Source: Phycisphaerales bacterium
GTDB lineage: Bacteria; Planctomycetota; Phycisphaerae; Phycisphaerales; UBA1924
Length of the DNA: 64,000 nucleotides
NCBI GenBank assembly: GCA_965227775.1
Contig: OZ245777.1
Location: forward strand, 2,112,001-2,176,000
Direction of reading: 5' to 3'
Shown piece after piece: positions 49,080 through 59,300 of this stretch; the stretch's first letter is position 1; each line of letters begins with the position of its first letter. The translations under genes and the position numbers were made by a program. The notes under the pieces were generated by a model, which was given only the letters and a program-made list of their open reading frames with translations, did not search any database and had not been told where the DNA came from.

Positions 49080-49426
49080 GGGCTCTCCCGGGGCATGGCA
49101 ACCCATCTCGCGGTGGACTGGACTCCATCGCTGAATTCGAGCCACGCGCCACGACCGCTTCGAGCCTGGAGCGAAACCTGGATGGGCCTGTCGCCCAGGT
49201 CGAACTCGCCCAAGCCGATCTTGGCGATCTCCCCGAGATTGAGTTCGTACCGGGAGGGATCACGGAGCACGTCGTCGATGCTGGATGCGAAGCCAGGTGT
49301 GAAGTGCGAGCTCGTATCTGAGGGCGTCGGGATTGCAGACATAACCGATGCGATCGCAACGGTCGCCAACGCGAGCAGCGCGGTTGCGAGCACGACTTCG
49401 AGCAGTGTCAGGCCGGAGCGGGTCAC
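49076..49426 (-). CDS. Minor pseudopilin (GspI position)
   Basis: MTRSG|LTLLEVVLA prepilin leader. Confidence 0.8.
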   Translation of the reverse strand: MTRSGLTLLEVVLATALLALATVAIASVMSAIPTPSDTSSHFTPGFASSIDDVLRDPSRYELNLGEIAKIGLGEFDLGDRPIQVSLQARSGRGAWLEFSDGVQSTARWVAMPRESP

Positions 49427-49806
49427 GGAACGATCTCCACGCGTCGGGCTCCGTGCACGAGTCTGATGGAGCGTGCTTCGCTCCTGCCGTGACGATCGAT
49501 ACGAACGCTCTCGATCAAGGCCGTACTGTGGACATCCTCGGGCCAGTCGCGCTCCACGACGAGGTCGCCCCTCCCGTCGCGGACCACCAGCGTTCCTCGC
49601 TCCAATTGGATCGTGGCCGGCCCATCGCTCATTGCGACCAGCCGGGCCACACCATGGACCTCGAGGAGCGTCTGCTCAGCCCTGGGAATTGGATCACCCG
49701 CACCGGCGAGCAGAGCAGCACCCATCGCCATCGCGAGGGCGACGAGCGCGCACGTGGCCAGCGTCTCGACGAGCGAAGACCCCCGATGGGCGCGCGGATC
49801 CTTCAC
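49423..49806 (-). CDS. Minor pseudopilin (GspH position)
   Basis: HRG|SSLVETLATCALVAL prepilin-like leader. Confidence 0.75.
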   Translation of the reverse strand: MKDPRAHRGSSLVETLATCALVALAMAMGAALLAGAGDPIPRAEQTLLEVHGVARLVAMSDGPATIQLERGTLVVRDGRGDLVVERDWPEDVHSTALIESVRIDRHGRSEARSIRLVHGARRVEIVP

Positions 49807-50228
49807 TCCCTGGTCTCCCGCAGCGCTACCGAGCTCAGATCCGCGTTTTCGCCGGCGCCACCGACCCGGCCGTCACCGCCGAGGCTGATGATTTCGAACG
49901 GCTGGCCTTGCGGGCCCGGCACGACGAGCTGCATCATGGAGCCCCAGGGGTCCCGGGCGGCATCCGCGGGCAGGTGGTAGCTGGCCGAGGGCGGCGCATC
50001 GACGAGGTCCTGGAGGCTCTCGGGCCAATTCCCCTCGGAGACGTGGTACATCTCGACCTTGGCCTTGGCGCCCGCGATCGCCGTTCGCGCAAGCTCGCGC
50101 TTGCCCTGACCGAACGCGGCGGTCAGGCCCACCGTCAGCGTGGCGGCCAAGATGCCCAGGAGCACGACGACGGCCAGCACCTCGACGAGCGTCATGCCGC
50201 GCTGGTGAAGGTTCAAATGGCGACGCAT
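49803..50228 (-). CDS. gspG: Major pseudopilin GspG
   Basis: QRG|MTLVEVLAVVVLLGIL; DPWG and IISLGGDGRVGGAGENADL motifs; TGATG overlap with gspF. Confidence 0.92.
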   Translation of the reverse strand: MRRHLNLHQRGMTLVEVLAVVVLLGILAATLTVGLTAAFGQGKRELARTAIAGAKAKVEMYHVSEGNWPESLQDLVDAPPSASYHLPADAARDPWGSMMQLVVPGPQGQPFEIISLGGDGRVGGAGENADLSSVALRETRE

Positions 50229-51463
50229 CACAGCACCTCTCTTAGCTTTAGGAGCGGGAGCACGGCGGATAAGACAACCACACCGATCATCGATGCCAAC
50301 AGGATGATGGCCATTGGTTCGATGAGACCCGCAAGCCGGTCCGTGAGGCGGGTCGCCCTTCGTTCGAGCCGATCTGCCAGCCGTTCGAGCAGATCGGGCA
50401 ACTCGCCGGCAGACTCGCCCGCATCGATCAGGCGTCGCATGTCGTCGGCGAACCAGTGCGGGTCGTCCAGGGCGTTTGAGAGTCGCTCCCCGGCCTCGAC
50501 GCGCGTGGCGGCAAGCTCGAGTTGACGCCGGAGGCTCATGGCAACGGGGCCGTTGAACGTCCTCGCGGATGCTCGCAGCGCGTCGGTCAGCGGAACACCG
50601 CGCCGCGTCATCGACTGCAGCTCGCTCGCCAGCCTTGCTAGGGCCATTCCTCGCAGGGCTTGTGGGACGAGTCTGCGCAGCGGGTCCGGCCAGCCTCGAC
50701 CCTGAGTTGAGATCGCAAGCACGGCCCAAGCGCCGAACACCAAGACCATGACCGCGCCGGCCAGCATTATGGCCCACCCGCGTGCGATTGACTCGCCAGT
50801 CGAGATGACGGCCGATGTGAGGGCTGGAGGTTGGACGCCAGCCTGCTCGAGGATGTCTACCAGCCTGGGTAGCGGCCCGAGCGCAAGAAAGACGACGACC
50901 GCCACCCCGGCCACAGAGACGATTGCTGGGTACGCGAGGGCGGATGCCAGCTTGCCGGCCAGCTCGCCAGCCCGCGCGTAGCGATCCGACAGCGAACGGA
51001 GCGCATGGGCGAGCTCGCCACGGGCCTGCCCCGTCCGAACAACCGCGACCTCGGCGGCGTCGAACCAGCCATCGTGCTGCTCAAAGGCGTCCGCGAGCGG
51101 CTCGCCTGAACGAACCGCATCTTCCAGCCGTAGCAGCAGCCTCCGAAGTGCCGTACGCCGCCCACGGGCCCCGGCGAGCGTCTGCAATCCGTCGCTCAAT
51201 GGCACGCCGGACGCTAAGAGCGTCGCCAACGTATCGAGCACCTCGGCCTTGGCGTCACGGCGCCTGCCCCGGAGCACTCCGTTGATTGTACTGGTGACCG
51301 AAGCGGGCAGGACCGTGCTCTGGTCCACGACGGGCCGAACGTCCAGCACGGTGAGTCCGATCCGTCGGAGTGACGCGCGTGCCGAGACGTCCGTATCGGC
51401 CTTGAGCTCCCCACGTCGTGGGAGTCCGGCGGGTGTGACCGCCTTGTATCTCCACAAGGTCAT
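50228..51463 (-). CDS. gspF: T2SS inner-membrane platform GspF
   Basis: LATLLASGVPL, ALAYPAIV, AGESAGEL, LIEP...SAVLPL. Confidence 0.93.
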   Translation of the reverse strand: MTLWRYKAVTPAGLPRRGELKADTDVSARASLRRIGLTVLDVRPVVDQSTVLPASVTSTINGVLRGRRRDAKAEVLDTLATLLASGVPLSDGLQTLAGARGRRTALRRLLLRLEDAVRSGEPLADAFEQHDGWFDAAEVAVVRTGQARGELAHALRSLSDRYARAGELAGKLASALAYPAIVSVAGVAVVVFLALGPLPRLVDILEQAGVQPPALTSAVISTGESIARGWAIMLAGAVMVLVFGAWAVLAISTQGRGWPDPLRRLVPQALRGMALARLASELQSMTRRGVPLTDALRASARTFNGPVAMSLRRQLELAATRVEAGERLSNALDDPHWFADDMRRLIDAGESAGELPDLLERLADRLERRATRLTDRLAGLIEPMAIILLASMIGVVVLSAVLPLLKLREVL

Positions 51464-52986
51464 GACGCGATCCCTGTGGCGTTGAAGCCATCGTCTCCGA
51501 CCGAGGCAACGCGCGCGACCTCGAGCGGGGTGGTGACGCCCGATTCGACGAATCGCCGGCCCTCGTCCTGCAGGGTGCGCATGCCCGCCTCTCGTGCGGC
51601 CTTGCGAAGCGCGCTCGCCGTGATGCCCGCCGCGATGCGCTCGCGGATCGGCTCAGAGACGACCAGGAGCTCAAAGAGCCCGATGCGTCCTAGAAGGCCG
51701 CTGCCGTAGCAAGACTCGCACCCCTTGCCATCGCACGCTTGGTGGACGCGCCGCACCAGCCGCTGCGCCAGCGCCGCCGAGAGCGAGGCCGACACGAGGT
51801 ACGGTTCGACGCCGAGGTCTACAAGGCGTGTCACTGCGGTTGCCGAGTCTGAGGTGTGCAGCGTCGAGAGAACAAGGTGGCCGGTCAGGCTCGCTTGGAT
51901 GGCAACCTGTGCCGTTTCCAGGTCTCGAATCTCGCCGACCATGACAACATCAGGGTCCTGCCGGAGGATGTGCCGCAGGCCGCTGGCAAACGTGACGCCC
52001 TTCTTGGTGTTGATCTGCGCCTGGCTGATGGCCACGTGCGGTCCCGAGAGGTCGTACTCGATCGGGTCTTCGATGGTCATGACGTTGAGGTCGCGTGCAG
52101 AACGTTTTGCGGTCCAGCTCAGCGTGCCGTACAACGTTGTCGTCTTGCCGCTACCTGTCGGCCCGGTCGAGAGCACGATCCCGCTGGAGCGGGAGCACAC
52201 CGCCAGCCAGCGCTCCTCGACCTCGGGCGGCATGCCGAGCCCTGAGAAATTGTCCAGATCGAGTGCGCCGTCTGGTTCGAGCAGACGCACGACGAGCCGC
52301 TCCCCGAACGCCGTCGGCAGCGAGCTGAGGCGGAGGTCAATGGTGCGCGCAGACTCTCCGACGCCGATGGTGACCGTTGCTCGCCCGTCCTGGGGGACGC
52401 GTCGCTCTGCGACATCCATGCGTCCGACGACCTTGAGCCTGCTTGCCACGGGCCCGCCCAGTTCGCCCGGGAGCGACTTGACGTCGCGGAGCGCCCCATC
52501 GATCCGCATCCGCACGAGAACGCGGTCCTCAAGGGGCTGCACGTGCACGTCGCTGGCACCATGCGTTGCTGCATGGAACAGCATCCAGTCGACCAATCGG
52601 ACGACCGGCGCCTTACCGGACGTCGACAAGAGATCACGGTCCGCTTCGGCGAGTGCCCGCTCGAGCTCGGCCTCGGGCCCCTCGATCACGATGGCGTCGC
52701 CGAGGTCGTCTTCGGTCGAAGTCGACTGGGCGGCGCCAGCGTACGCGGAATCGATCGCCTCCGCGATGGCACCAGCATCGCCGGGCTTGGGATGCGCACG
52801 CTCGCGCATGCGAACGCACACGTTGTGCAGCACGCACGCGGGTGTGGCTGGCGCATGGCGCAGCACGAGCGTGAACCCATCCTCGGCCTCTGCTTGGCGT
52901 TCGCCTAGCACGAGGTGCTCGCGCGCGTAGTCCCGTGGGATGAGGTCCAGGAATCGCTCGCAGACCGATGGCGCGGGAACCGTCAT
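51460..52986 (-). CDS. gspE: T2SS assembly ATPase GspE
   Basis: ASDVH, RVPQDG, Walker A GPTGSGKTTT, TIEDPIEY, LRQDPDVVMVGEIRD, TGHLVLSTLHT, Cys cluster. Confidence 0.96.
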   Translation of the reverse strand: MTVPAPSVCERFLDLIPRDYAREHLVLGERQAEAEDGFTLVLRHAPATPACVLHNVCVRMRERAHPKPGDAGAIAEAIDSAYAGAAQSTSTEDDLGDAIVIEGPEAELERALAEADRDLLSTSGKAPVVRLVDWMLFHAATHGASDVHVQPLEDRVLVRMRIDGALRDVKSLPGELGGPVASRLKVVGRMDVAERRVPQDGRATVTIGVGESARTIDLRLSSLPTAFGERLVVRLLEPDGALDLDNFSGLGMPPEVEERWLAVCSRSSGIVLSTGPTGSGKTTTLYGTLSWTAKRSARDLNVMTIEDPIEYDLSGPHVAISQAQINTKKGVTFASGLRHILRQDPDVVMVGEIRDLETAQVAIQASLTGHLVLSTLHTSDSATAVTRLVDLGVEPYLVSASLSAALAQRLVRRVHQACDGKGCESCYGSGLLGRIGLFELLVVSEPIRERIAAGITASALRKAAREAGMRTLQDEGRRFVESGVTTPLEVARVASVGDDGFNATGIAS

Positions 52987-54944
52987 CGGATCACCCGGGG
53001 TTCCACGACCGGGAAGCCATCGTCCACGCCAAGGCCTGCGGCCAGATCCTGGCTGACATACTTGAGGTACTCAAACCCGTCTCCGCGTGTGATCGTCGGG
53101 CGAATGAACACGTAGAACTTCGTTCGCCCTGATGATCGCGAGCGGTTCTTGAAGAGCTCGCCCAACCATGGAATGTCGCCCAGCAGCGGGACCTGGCTGG
53201 TGGCTTCTCCCTCGTTCATCGTCTCCAGGCCGCCGAGCACGATCGCATGTCCATCGGGGATCGTGGCAATCGAAGTGATACTGTTCTCTTGCCTGGGCGG
53301 CGGGACCGAGTCGCTCGCGGACTCGCCGACGAACTGGCTGAGGCTGACGGCATACTCCAAGAGAAGATGATCGCCCTCGGCGATCCGTGGCGTGACCGTG
53401 ATCTGCGTGCCGGCGGACGCCGAACCACCGAAGCTGGTGGTCGCAACGGTGTCGCTGGCGTTGGTTGACACGAATGGTTCCTCTCGAACCGCGTCGAGCG
53501 TGGCGGTGGCGGCGTTGTCCACCAGCACGCGGGGAAGGCTGAGGGAGCGACCCTGGTTAACGGTCTCTAGTGCCCGGACGACGACCGCAAAGTCACCGGG
53601 ATCGAGAACGACCCCTGTAAATCCGGCGCCATCACCGGCATCTCGGTTGCCATCGCCATCTCCAGTCGAGAGGCCGAAGAGCGAAGCCAGCCTGATTCGG
53701 ATGTCGCCCGAGACCTCGATACGTTCGAGCTCGACGCCGAGGTCCAGCGTCTCGCCCTCGGTCAGACTCACCATGGTCACGTCGAGCATGACCTGCGGCT
53801 GGCGGACATCGAGCTCACGTACGAGTTCCTGCACGCGGTCCAGCACGCCCGGTGGTCCGATCGCCAGGATGCGGCTGGTTGCCGCATCGGCGACCAGCGA
53901 AACCGTCAGTCCATCGATCTGGATGACGCCGTCATTCGTCGTCGCGATTGTGCGATCCCTGGCCCGCTCTGCGGCGGTTGGGGCTTTTGGCGTCGATCGC
54001 GTCGTACCGGAATCCGCAGCAGTTGGCTGATCGGGTTCACCCGCCACACCAGCACCAAGTAGACGGTTCACTAGTAAGACGATCTCCTCGACGGGCCGAT
54101 TGCGCACCACGATAGTGCGTGTCGAGAGCCTCGCCGCGGATTGCTCGGCGTCGAGACGATCGACCAGTGCGGCGATGGACTCGTGCTGCGCCGCCGTTGC
54201 TTCGACGAGCAGCGTGCCGGTCAGGCCGTCGGGAACCACGCGGATGTCCTCGCCGACGAGCCGTCGTACCGCCTCGCCAACCTCCGAGGGTGAGAACACC
54301 CGCGGCTCGTACGAGCGCGTGTCCGTAGTGCGCACGTCGAGTGCCCTGATCCGCCTGACGACCTCGCCCGCACGCTCTCGGAGATCGGCGACGATAATGG
54401 AGTCGGTGCCACCAAGCCGCGTAAGCGAGCCTCCGGAACTCAGGAGAGGATCCAACGCTGCGATGAGTGCTGCTGGATCGGCCTGCTCAATCTCAACGAT
54501 GACCGCCACGAATCCAGCACGACTCGGCGTTGTGAGCCGGCCATCGCCGGCAACGTCGCCCAAGCTCCACTCGGACGCGGGTGGTGCCAGAGCTGCGGCC
54601 CCTGAGAGCTGCACGACGGACAACGCTCCGCTTTCGCCCACGGAAACGGTCGTCAGTCCCTTCTGGACGAGCAGCTCGTTGGTTATTGTCCAGAGCGCAT
54701 CATCGTCTATCTCACTGGTGTTCCGCATCATGAAGCTCCCCGAAAGCTGTCGGGGCTCGTAGCTGATGCGAAAGCCCTGCCGCTCCGAGGAAAGGTCCAC
54801 GAGCCGAGCGAGCTCGACTTCTGCGGGAAGCTTGATGACGTCTTGATGTCCGAGGGCTATGCCGCTGCTGAATAAGCACGTAAGCATGGCGACCGTCGCC
54901 AGTCGTGTCCACCGAGAGCGCACGATGTGCCAGTAATATCCCAT
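52983..54944 (-). CDS. gspD: Secretin GspD
   Basis: N0/N-domain repeats, LDVRQPQVML, VPLLGDIPWLGELFK...FYVFIRPTI. Confidence 0.93.
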   Translation of the reverse strand: MGYYWHIVRSRWTRLATVAMLTCLFSSGIALGHQDVIKLPAEVELARLVDLSSERQGFRISYEPRQLSGSFMMRNTSEIDDDALWTITNELLVQKGLTTVSVGESGALSVVQLSGAAALAPPASEWSLGDVAGDGRLTTPSRAGFVAVIVEIEQADPAALIAALDPLLSSGGSLTRLGGTDSIIVADLRERAGEVVRRIRALDVRTTDTRSYEPRVFSPSEVGEAVRRLVGEDIRVVPDGLTGTLLVEATAAQHESIAALVDRLDAEQSAARLSTRTIVVRNRPVEEIVLLVNRLLGAGVAGEPDQPTAADSGTTRSTPKAPTAAERARDRTIATTNDGVIQIDGLTVSLVADAATSRILAIGPPGVLDRVQELVRELDVRQPQVMLDVTMVSLTEGETLDLGVELERIEVSGDIRIRLASLFGLSTGDGDGNRDAGDGAGFTGVVLDPGDFAVVVRALETVNQGRSLSLPRVLVDNAATATLDAVREEPFVSTNASDTVATTSFGGSASAGTQITVTPRIAEGDHLLLEYAVSLSQFVGESASDSVPPPRQENSITSIATIPDGHAIVLGGLETMNEGEATSQVPLLGDIPWLGELFKNRSRSSGRTKFYVFIRPTITRGDGFEYLKYVSQDLAAGLGVDDGFPVVEPRVIR

Positions 54945-54994
54945 GCGATATCAGCCGAGTCAGGGGCCGGTGCGAGAAGAACGTCGCGACTCAC

Positions 54995-55786
54995 TCACAC
55001 TGGATCGAGTACGAGTTTCCATGCGGCGAGGATGGCGTCGAGGTTCGTGTCCGTGTTGGCCTTCGCTGCTGCGACATCGACCTTGGCAAGCTCATCGTCG
55101 ATGATGCCCCGATGGTGGTCGGATGGCTCCGCTCCGAGCTCGGTATCGATACGAACGCCATTGAGCGCATCTCGCAGGGCCATCGCTTCGGCATGAGTGC
55201 GGTCTGCGACCTTGTAGTAGGTTGGGTAGCGGATGTCGCGTTCGGAGTCGATGTCGGCGATGTCGGCGAGGACGCTGGACTCCAGCCCGCTGGTGGCGGC
55301 GTTGAAGAGGTCCTGCTGGCGAGCCTCGAGCGTAGCCCTCGTGGAAGCCTCAAGCGCAACCGCGTCGTCGAGGTCCCGCTGGATGGCGTCTCCAGGCGTG
55401 CCCGCTCGGAACAGCCTCTCCAGCCGCTGCATCTCGGCCTTGGCGTTGCCGTGTGCTTCCATGGCGAGTCGGAGGCTGGTGTAGTTTGTCACGTCCAGGT
55501 GCGTGACCGCTCGGGTGGTGAGGGCCGTCGCGTCGACGGCGGTGAGCCCGGCGGCGGCGAGGGCCTCGGGTGTAATCCCGACGCGTCGGAGCTCGCGGTC
55601 AACGTCTTGTGGCTCGGGCGTGGCGAGCTCCATGATGGCCCGTGCGCTGAATCCCCCGGCGGCGGTTGGCTTGGGCGTCGACGCAACGATGCCCGCGATG
55701 AGCAGCGCACCGGCGGCAGCGGTCACGCTGCCGACGGGTAGCCAGAGTGCGCTTGCCTTGCTGCGATTCGTGGCGTGATTGGTCAT
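54995..55786 (-). CDS. Hypothetical exported/membrane-anchored helical protein, first gene of the T2SS operon
   Basis: AGGAG before ATG; N-terminal hydrophobic segment; all-helical body (GITPEALAAAGL). Confidence 0.8.
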   Translation of the reverse strand: MTNHATNRSKASALWLPVGSVTAAAGALLIAGIVASTPKPTAAGGFSARAIMELATPEPQDVDRELRRVGITPEALAAAGLTAVDATALTTRAVTHLDVTNYTSLRLAMEAHGNAKAEMQRLERLFRAGTPGDAIQRDLDDAVALEASTRATLEARQQDLFNAATSGLESSVLADIADIDSERDIRYPTYYKVADRTHAEAMALRDALNGVRIDTELGAEPSDHHRGIIDDELAKVDVAAAKANTDTNLDAILAAWKLVLDPV

Positions 55787-56171
55787 GGCGATCTCCTATG
55801 TCGGCCCGTGCTCATTCATGACACTATCTTCATTTCGAATCCGGGCCCGAATACGTGCCGTTCGTGTGCCGCGGCGCTGGAGTGCGTGACGCGTGTCTAT
55901 CGCATTGCGCACTAATCTGCAGCGCGAACATCTCCGAAGAACATGTCCGTTATACCCAGAACGTGTTTTGATGCAAGCGCAATTGTGTGCATTCGTCGTA
56001 GGGACTTACGGCTGCGTTGGAATGCGTAGCCGAATCCGGGGGGTGTGCAAGTTCTTCTTATAAACACGGGTATGCCCTCTTGCATGCGTGATCGTTTGTG
56101 GGTGCAATGACCATAAGCGATCGCTGCCTCCCGGCAAGAAGTACCGGCGCGTGCGCGTGATCGCGACAACA

Positions 56172-56214
56172 CGAGTCGTTGAGTCGAGTCGTTGGATCGA
56201 GTCGTGCAATCGAA
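56172..56214 (+). repeat. 13-bp-period tandem repeat upstream of the rhs gene
   Basis: CGAGTCGTTGAGT / CGAGTCGTTGGAT / CGAGTCGTGCAAT / CGAA. Confidence 0.7.
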
Positions 56215-56337
56215 TGAATGCGATTTAGGTGCCCCGCGAGCGTATGGCTTGCGGGGTGGGGCGCGAGCTCCGCATACACAATGGAGGCGACATTGCTTCA
56301 GCAACGTACCAGAGACCTGCCGTTGGGCCTGCAAGGC

Positions 56338-59300
56338 ATGCTGCGGATGGCATCGGGGGCGTATGGCTCTCGTGCCAGCGCCCGTACGAGGGGGCGTGGT
56401 GCGGTCGCCTGCGTTGTGGCTGCGGGGCTCGCGTTTTCATCTTCGTCTGTGTGCGCCGATGATGTCTTGAACCTCTACGACGCGCAGCTGGTGACCTACC
56501 AGGCCTCGCCGACGCTGATCCAGGACCTGGCGCCGCGTGCGGGCCAGCGTGGTGTGTACCTGGATGGCTCGATGCGCGCGAGTGGCTTAATGGGCGGCAT
56601 CCTGCCCGGGCACTCGGGCTCGGATCTTGGTTTTAATGGCAAGCGGACGCTTGGCGGGCACGTCGACCTGTTCACCGGCTCGGTGCAGGTGACCGACGTG
56701 GACCTGGCGTTTCCCGCGGATCCTGGGGGCAATTGGGTCGTCGGGCGGACGTACAACACGCGCCAGGACGACTCGGGGCACCACGTGAGCCAGGGCCCCC
56801 AGGGGAATAACTGGGCGATGGCCAACCCGGAGATCTCGCTCTTCGAGGGCGCGACGGACGACCTCGATGTCTTGTACCTCGTCGGCGGCGCGGACCGGTA
56901 CGCGGCCTTCCAGCGGATCGGTGTGAGTGACGACGAGTTCCAGGGGATCAACGGCGCCACGGGCATCGTGCAGTACGCGGCGGGTGCCGGCAGCGAGCCG
57001 GACACGTACACGCTGACGCAGCCCGACGGGACGCGGCTGGTCTTCTTTGGTTTCGACACCCACTCGGGCGTGGCCAAGGGGCAGCTGTGGAAGAAGATCG
57101 GCCCGGGTGGCGCGACCGCCTTCGTGGGGCACGAGACGACCGGATCAACGGCGATCAGCGTCGGCTTCGATACCGGAGGCATGAACCCCACGAACCTGCT
57201 CACCGTCGCGTACGACTCGGCGGAGAACGGCGGGCGGCGGTACACGTACACGTACGACACCGAACGCGTGATCGAGGTGAAGGCCGAGATCTGCTCGAGC
57301 GGGGACTGGTCGAGTCCTGGTACGGTGACCGAGGTCGGGAAGGTCGAGTACGGCTACTACGGCTCGATCGAGAGCTATGGCAGCGAGTGGGACCTCAAGT
57401 CGGTGACGGTGACGATGCCCACCAACGAGAGCGGTGTGAGCCTGGTAACCAGGACGTACTACCGCTACTGGGTGGGGTCATTCAATGACAGCACGAACCC
57501 GGGGCACGCCAGTGCGCTGCAGTACATCGTCGAGGAAGAGGGGTACCGGCAAGCGGACTACGCCGACTCGAACTTTGCCAACAATTCGCCCTTCTCAATG
57601 AGCGAGAGCGCCCTGAAGCCGTATGCCGCGGCGTACTTCGAGTACGACTCGTCGCGCCGGGTGGACAAGGCGTGGTTCAATGGTCGGTGCGGCTGCTCGG
57701 GCGGCACCAACGGCGAGCACACGATTACCTACGACACGACCGGGAGCGAGGCGTCGCCCTACGACGACACGTGGAAGCGTCGCGCGGTCGTGAAGCAGCC
57801 CGATGGCCTGTACGTGAGCGTGCTCTTCGATGAAGCCGGGCAGGTCTTTGGCGAGGCCCGGACGGCGGACGATCCGTCGACGGCCCCGGGCGATACCTGG
57901 GCGACGCGTGCGGTGCGCGGGAGTGACGCCTTGATCGACGAGATCGCCACGCCGGCGAACGTGTCGTCGTACACGCACTCGACGGGCGTCTTTGCGCGGC
58001 CGAACGGGACCGGCCTGGTGCGGGTGATCGACCGCGTCTCGAGCGGGGCCCTGACGGGCTTCATCGAGGGCTACGAGTACAAGGAGGGCGCGACGGGGAC
58101 GTCGTACGTCGAGCGTCAGATGGACTACGAGACGCGCAGCCTGACCATCGGTAGCGCGACACTGGACGTGCCATTTGTCGACGCGCGGCGTGCGGTCTTC
58201 GCCGACAACGAGACGAGCGGGACGCTGGCGGCGGCGGATTACGACGAGACATCGGTGTCGAGGACGTGGTGGAGCGCGACGGCCACGGACATCGGGTACA
58301 TCCGCCCGAAGGTGGTGACGACGACGCTTCCGGCGGTGGCGACCCTGGAGAACGGCGAGAACACCACCCACACGCGGATTTCCTATGTCCGCGAGAACGG
58401 GCACACGGCCTTCATGAAGGCCGAGGACGGCATCTACGACTACATGGAGTACGCCGACGGCCTGATGGTCGAGTCGATCCGCGACGCCAAGCTGAACGAG
58501 GGCGGCGTCTTCGACGCGGATCCCAACGGGGTCTTCGGGATCACTGAGACCGGCGACGGCTGGGACGTGCGGACGACGTACGTCTACGACGACCAGGGGC
58601 GACGGACCCGTGTGACGGCGCCCGATGGCGACGTGAGTGAAGTGTACCGGACGGTCTTGAAGGACCGCCGACCGGTGACGATCAGCATCCCGCTGGTGAT
58701 CGATAACGGCGGGCCGGTGACGTACTACGGCCCCGCGGGCATGTCGGTGTCGGACCACGCGGGCAACGGCGTGGCATCGGTGCGAATCACGCTCAGCGGC
58801 GGCAGCACGACGACGGGCCTGTCGAGCTGGATCGACGAGACCGACGATGACCCGCTGACGGCGGTGGACCACGGCAGCGTGTCGCGGTACTCGACCGCCC
58901 TGTATAGCGAATCGGGCGCGGTGCTGGACGAGAGCCGCAGCTACTTCGATATCCCCGCGAGCGGCGCGGGGATGGAGGGGACCAACTACGACGCGACCTT
59001 CTTCGCCTATGACGAGATGGGCCGGCGGATCCGGACCAAGGACGCGACAGGCACGATCAGCCGCGCGGTGTACGACGATCTGGGTCGGATGACCTCGAGC
59101 GAGATCGGGACCAACGACTACGACGACCCGGGCGGCGAGGCTTCGGGCACGAACAACATGGTCACCGTCTCCGAGACGGAGTACGACTCGGGCAACGACG
59201 GCGGGAACAGCTACGTCACCAAGACGACGGCCTTCGTCGTCGACAGCGCGACCGATCGCCGCGACACGCTGTACACGCACGACGTGCGTGGGCGGACGAA

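Noticed and set aside
56338..57000. T6SS-type RHS N-terminus (PAAR/VgrG)
   Set aside because: No PAAR motifs or T6SS genes in the window; the N-terminus looks like a signal peptide
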